Origin: Pseudidiomarina andamanensis
Lineage (GTDB): Bacteria; Pseudomonadota; Gammaproteobacteria; Enterobacterales; Alteromonadaceae
Reading direction: 5' to 3'
Assembly (NCBI RefSeq): GCF_009734345.1
Contig: NZ_CP032551.1
Location: 1,740,001-1,772,000 of the forward strand
DNA length: 32,000 nucleotides
Shown here: positions 29,074 through 32,000 of the stretch, piece by piece
Layout of the letters: each line of letters begins with the position of its first letter
How positions within the stretch are numbered: position 1 is the stretch's first letter
Program-made: the position numbers and the translations under genes
The notes under the pieces: model-generated
What the model was told of the DNA's origin: nothing
Seen by the model: the letters and a program-made list of their open reading frames with translations, nothing else
Databases searched by the model: none

Positions 29074-29891
29074 AGTTTTATATATCCATCATAAACATGC
29101 TCAGCAGAGCCAGTCATGCGCACCGGTTGGCCGGGTTGCCAACGAATCGTCAAATAACCGCCCGGCAATTCCACAATCACTTGGTCGGCAAGCTTATCTT
29201 GGCGCATACCAATCACCGCAGCAGCACATGCACCACTGCCACAAGCCTGCGTTTCACCGACGCCACGCTCGAACACACGAAGCTTAATTCGGTTGCGATC
29301 AACCACCTGCATAAAACCAACATTCACGCCTTCAGGGAAGCGTTCATGTGTTGCTAATGCTTTCCCCATCGATTCAACGGGTGCCGTATCCACATTATCC
29401 ACTTCAATCACACAATGTGGATTCCCAATTCCCATCACGCCAGCCAATATGGTTTGGTCTTGCTCGCGCAAAATATAAGTCAGCTCTTCTTTATTTGCTT
29501 TAAAAGGCACCTCAGCAGGCGTGAACGTTGGCAGCCCCATTTCAACAGTAATACGTCCGTCGCGCTCATGATGCAAAACCATTTTGCCTGCTTTAGTACT
29601 TACCCGCAGATGATTTTTGTTACTTAGGCCTTTGAGCTTAACAAAAAGGGCGAAACAACGAGCACCATTTCCGCATTGAGACACTTCAGAGCCATCGGCA
29701 TTGAATATACGATAGTGAAAATCTAAATCGGGGTCATAAGGTGGTTCAACTAGCAACAGTTGATCGAAACCAACACCACGATGGCGGTCAGCCCAATGCC
29801 GAATTTGCTCTGGGTTCACATAAATATTTTGAGTGACAGCATCTATCACCATGAAGTCATTGCCTAGCCCATGCATTTTTGCAAAATTCAT
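29070..29891 (-). CDS. dapF: Diaminopimelate epimerase
   Basis: [19 protein letters not shown], the catalytic Cys motifs [10 protein letters not shown] and [10 protein letters not shown], and [10 protein letters not shown]. Confidence 0.95.
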   Translation of the reverse strand: MNFAKMHGLGNDFMVIDAVTQNIYVNPEQIRHWADRHRGVGFDQLLLVEPPYDPDLDFHYRIFNADGSEVSQCGNGARCFALFVKLKGLSNKNHLRVSTKAGKMVLHHERDGRITVEMGLPTFTPAEVPFKANKEELTYILREQDQTILAGVMGIGNPHCVIEVDNVDTAPVESMGKALATHERFPEGVNVGFMQVVDRNRIKLRVFERGVGETQACGSGACAAAVIGMRQDKLADQVIVELPGGYLTIRWQPGQPVRMTGSAEHVYDGYIKL

Positions 29892-31138
29892 TCTGGCATC
29901 TCCATGATTTGCTCACCCTTCCATAAATCGCTCAGCTTTTCGCGCTCTCGGATCACCTGAGCCTTATCGCCCGAAACCATGATTTCAGCGGCGCGTGGGC
30001 GTGTGTTGTAATTCGAGCTCATGGTAAAACCATAGGCGCCTGCGTTCATCACTGCCAATAAATCACCTTCATTTGCGGTCAAATGCCGCGCATGACCAAG
30101 AAAATCACCGGTTTCACACACCGGCCCTACCACGTCAACAATCGACGTGCCAGCGTCCTGTTGCGTGACTGGAATAATGTCATGGTACGCTTGGTAGAGC
30201 GCTGGGCGCATGAGATCATTCATACCTGCATCTACTAGCAAAAAGTCTTTATCTACACCCGGCTTGTGATATTCAACCTGCGTCACTAATACGCCCGCAT
30301 TACCGACAATGGCACGACCTGGTTCGAGCATTAAGGTGAGACCACCGACGCGTTCCGCGCGTTTTCTCAACTCAAGTAAGTAAGCACCCACATCCAGCTT
30401 ATTCTCGTGCTGGTAGGGAATACCCATACCACCACCCATATCAAGATGCGAAATTTCGATACCTTCTTCACGCAAGGTTACAATCAACTCAAGCATTAAA
30501 TCGGCTGCATCTAAAAACGGCGCCGACGTTAGAATTTGTGAACCAATATGGCAATCTAACCCTTGCATCGCAATGTTCGATAGGGCCTGTGCACGATGAG
30601 CAACGTCTCGAGCCTGCGCCATGGCAATACCAAATTTATTGCTCTTCAATCCGGTTGAGATATACGGATGCGTTTGGGCATCCACATCTGGGTTGACCCG
30701 CAATGACACCGGCGCTTCCACACCATGCGCTTTGGCAACGTCGTTCAGGCGCTCTAATTCAGCCGCCGATTCAACATTGAAGCAATAGATACCTTGATCT
30801 AACGCATAAGCCATTTCGTCACGGCTCTTGGCAACGCCTGAAAACACCACATCACTTGCTTTACCGCCAGCCGCAAGAACACGAGCTAGTTCACCACCAG
30901 AGACGATATCGAAACCAGCCCCCAGCTTTGCCAATACATTCAGTACCGCCAAATTGCTATTGGCTTTTACCGCATAACAAAGCTTGTGTGGCGCCGGCCA
31001 ATGCGCAGCAAATTGACGCCAGTTTTCAACCATGCGTTGATACGAATACACGTACAACGGTGTGCCGTGCTGAGCGGCTAGCTCACTCACTCGACATTCT
31101 TCGGCAAAGAGCTCGCCATTACGATAATAGAAGCTCAT
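29888..31138 (-). CDS. lysA: Diaminopimelate decarboxylase
   Basis: 416-aa fold-III PLP decarboxylase: YAVKANSN (PLP lysine), [22 protein letters not shown] and [12 protein letters not shown]. Its stop overlaps the dapF start (ATGA). Confidence 0.95.
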   Translation of the reverse strand: MSFYYRNGELFAEECRVSELAAQHGTPLYVYSYQRMVENWRQFAAHWPAPHKLCYAVKANSNLAVLNVLAKLGAGFDIVSGGELARVLAAGGKASDVVFSGVAKSRDEMAYALDQGIYCFNVESAAELERLNDVAKAHGVEAPVSLRVNPDVDAQTHPYISTGLKSNKFGIAMAQARDVAHRAQALSNIAMQGLDCHIGSQILTSAPFLDAADLMLELIVTLREEGIEISHLDMGGGMGIPYQHENKLDVGAYLLELRKRAERVGGLTLMLEPGRAIVGNAGVLVTQVEYHKPGVDKDFLLVDAGMNDLMRPALYQAYHDIIPVTQQDAGTSIVDVVGPVCETGDFLGHARHLTANEGDLLAVMNAGAYGFTMSSNYNTRPRAAEIMVSGDKAQVIREREKLSDLWKGEQIMEMPE

Positions 31139-31140
31139 GC

Positions 31141-31284
31141 CTACTCACCATTTTCTGCAGGATTGGACGGCTGGTTTTTCTCAGCGGGCGGCGGCATTTC
31201 TAATGGCCCTTTTTGCCCACAAGCGGCGATAAAACCAAGTGTTCCTGCTACAATGATCAGACGCATTACTTTCAAGTTAAACAT
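31141..31284 (-). CDS. lptM: Small lipoprotein LptM (YifL)-like
   Basis: Lipobox FIAAC is followed by GQKGPLEMPP, matching the LptM CG.KGPL signature, with a Pro-rich tail. It lies immediately upstream of lysA-dapF. Start ambiguous (ATG 31284 or 31266). The longer track ORF up to 31410 is rejected. Confidence 0.7.
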   Translation of the reverse strand: MFNLKVMRLIIVAGTLGFIAACGQKGPLEMPPPAEKNQPSNPAENGE

Positions 31285-31323
31285 CGGTAAACTGTACCTA
31301 ATAATTACGGTTAAAATTGTTGA

Positions 31324-31349
31324 TGCGTCTATCATCGCATTGAGACGCA
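31324..31349. repeat. Inverted repeat in the lptM/cyaY divergent region
   Basis: TGCGTCT - 12 nt - AGACGCA (7-bp perfect arms), ending 25 nt upstream of the cyaY ATG. Function unknown. Confidence 0.3.
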
Positions 31350-31373
31350 CAAATGTCATTATCAGGAGTTGAC

Positions 31374-31700
31374 ATGCAAGAGCACGAATACCATGAATTA
31401 GCCGAAGCAACTATTTTAGCAATTGAAGAAGCAGTAGAAGCTTGCGGTGTTGATATTGATTGTGAGTCAGGCGGCGACATCCTTGAATTAACATTCCCGA
31501 ATGGCACCAAAATGGTTATCAATAAGCAGCCACCACTGCATCAACTCTGGGTAGCCACCAAATTCAATGGTCACCACTTTGAGTATCGCGACGGTCAATG
31601 GATTGATAATCGTACCGGTAGCGAATTATGGGAACTTCTCAGCGAAGCGGCAAGTCGCCAAGCTGACACCACATTGTTGCTAACACCACCATCAAACTGA
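31374..31700 (+). CDS. cyaY: Frataxin homologue CyaY
   Basis: [55 protein letters not shown] and GHHFEY match the remembered CyaY pattern. Start moved to ATG 31374 (AGGAG 5 nt upstream). Confidence 0.9.
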   Translation: MQEHEYHELAEATILAIEEAVEACGVDIDCESGGDILELTFPNGTKMVINKQPPLHQLWVATKFNGHHFEYRDGQWIDNRTGSELWELLSEAASRQADTTLLLTPPSN

Positions 31701-31715
31701 GTTTAGAGCTGAATT

Positions 31716-32000
31716 ATGAGTAAAACTTTACGCATTGCCACACGCAAGAGCCTGCTCGCCATGTGGCAAGCGGAGCACATTAAAGCGCGCCTCGAGCAAT
31801 TACACGAAGACTTGACGGTTGAGTTGTTACCAATGAGTACTCGTGGTGACGTGATTCTTGATACACCATTGGCAAAAATTGGTGGTAAAGGGCTGTTCGT
31901 GAAAGAGCTTGAAGTGGCCATGCTTGAAGGCCAAGCTGATTTAGCTGTGCACTCGATGAAAGATTTACCCGTTGAGTTTCCAGAAGGTCTTGAGTTGTTT
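31716..32000 (+). CDS. hemC: Porphobilinogen deaminase (hydroxymethylbilane synthase), N-terminal part; continues beyond the window
   Basis: Not in the ORF track because it is open at the edge. My translation: [94 protein letters not shown]. This is the canonical HemC N-terminus. Confidence 0.9.
   Translation, partial: MSKTLRIATRKSLLAMWQAEHIKARLEQLHEDLTVELLPMSTRGDVILDTPLAKIGGKGLFVKELEVAMLEGQADLAVHSMKDLPVEFPEGLELF

Noticed and set aside
31285-31410. Long 89-aa version of the lptM ORF and the 7-codon N-terminal extension of cyaY (31353-31373)
   Set aside because: The two extensions overlap each other in the divergent region. The lipoprotein signal peptide begins at the internal Met, and cyaY has AGGAG 5 nt before ATG 31374.

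Overview
This is a chromosomal segment of a gammaproteobacterium. Gene content and order look like a marine Alteromonadales or Idiomarina-like genome, but that taxon call is only an impression. I support 30 protein-coding genes. I saw no rRNA, tRNA, CRISPR, transposase or phage genes. All homology calls are by-eye comparisons with remembered family sequences and motifs; no searches were run.

Left third (1-13.4 kb): tpm; a split nitrate-sensing set (narX, a convergent NarK-like MFS gene, then narL); a TPP-dependent 2-keto-acid decarboxylase; trhP(yegQ) translationally coupled to a yfhL-like ferredoxin; a PLP aldolase-like gene; katG; and a membrane GGDEF cyclase.

Middle (13.4-21.0 kb), the least ordinary part: a GcdR-like LysR regulator lies divergent from an operon of gcdH, a fused E1 alpha/beta TPP dehydrogenase and a FabD-fold acyltransferase. 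Convergent to that is an operon of a Vgb-like beta-propeller, an orphan protein with a degenerate AAA+-like core plus a possible winged helix, and an MscS channel. This ~7.4 kb block is bracketed by two divergent promoter regions. Each carries inverted arrays of 7-bp-phased TAACGNN heptads.

Right third (21-32 kb): conserved enterobacterial-type core synteny, namely an rhtB-like gene, recQ, rarD, uvrD (with a LexA box), yigB, xerC, yigA, dapF, lysA, lptM, cyaY and hemC.

I find no recognisable defence or mobile system. The most novel candidates are the heptad arrays, the E2-less E1 plus acyltransferase operon, and the propeller/AAA+-like/MscS operon. All three are hypotheses.
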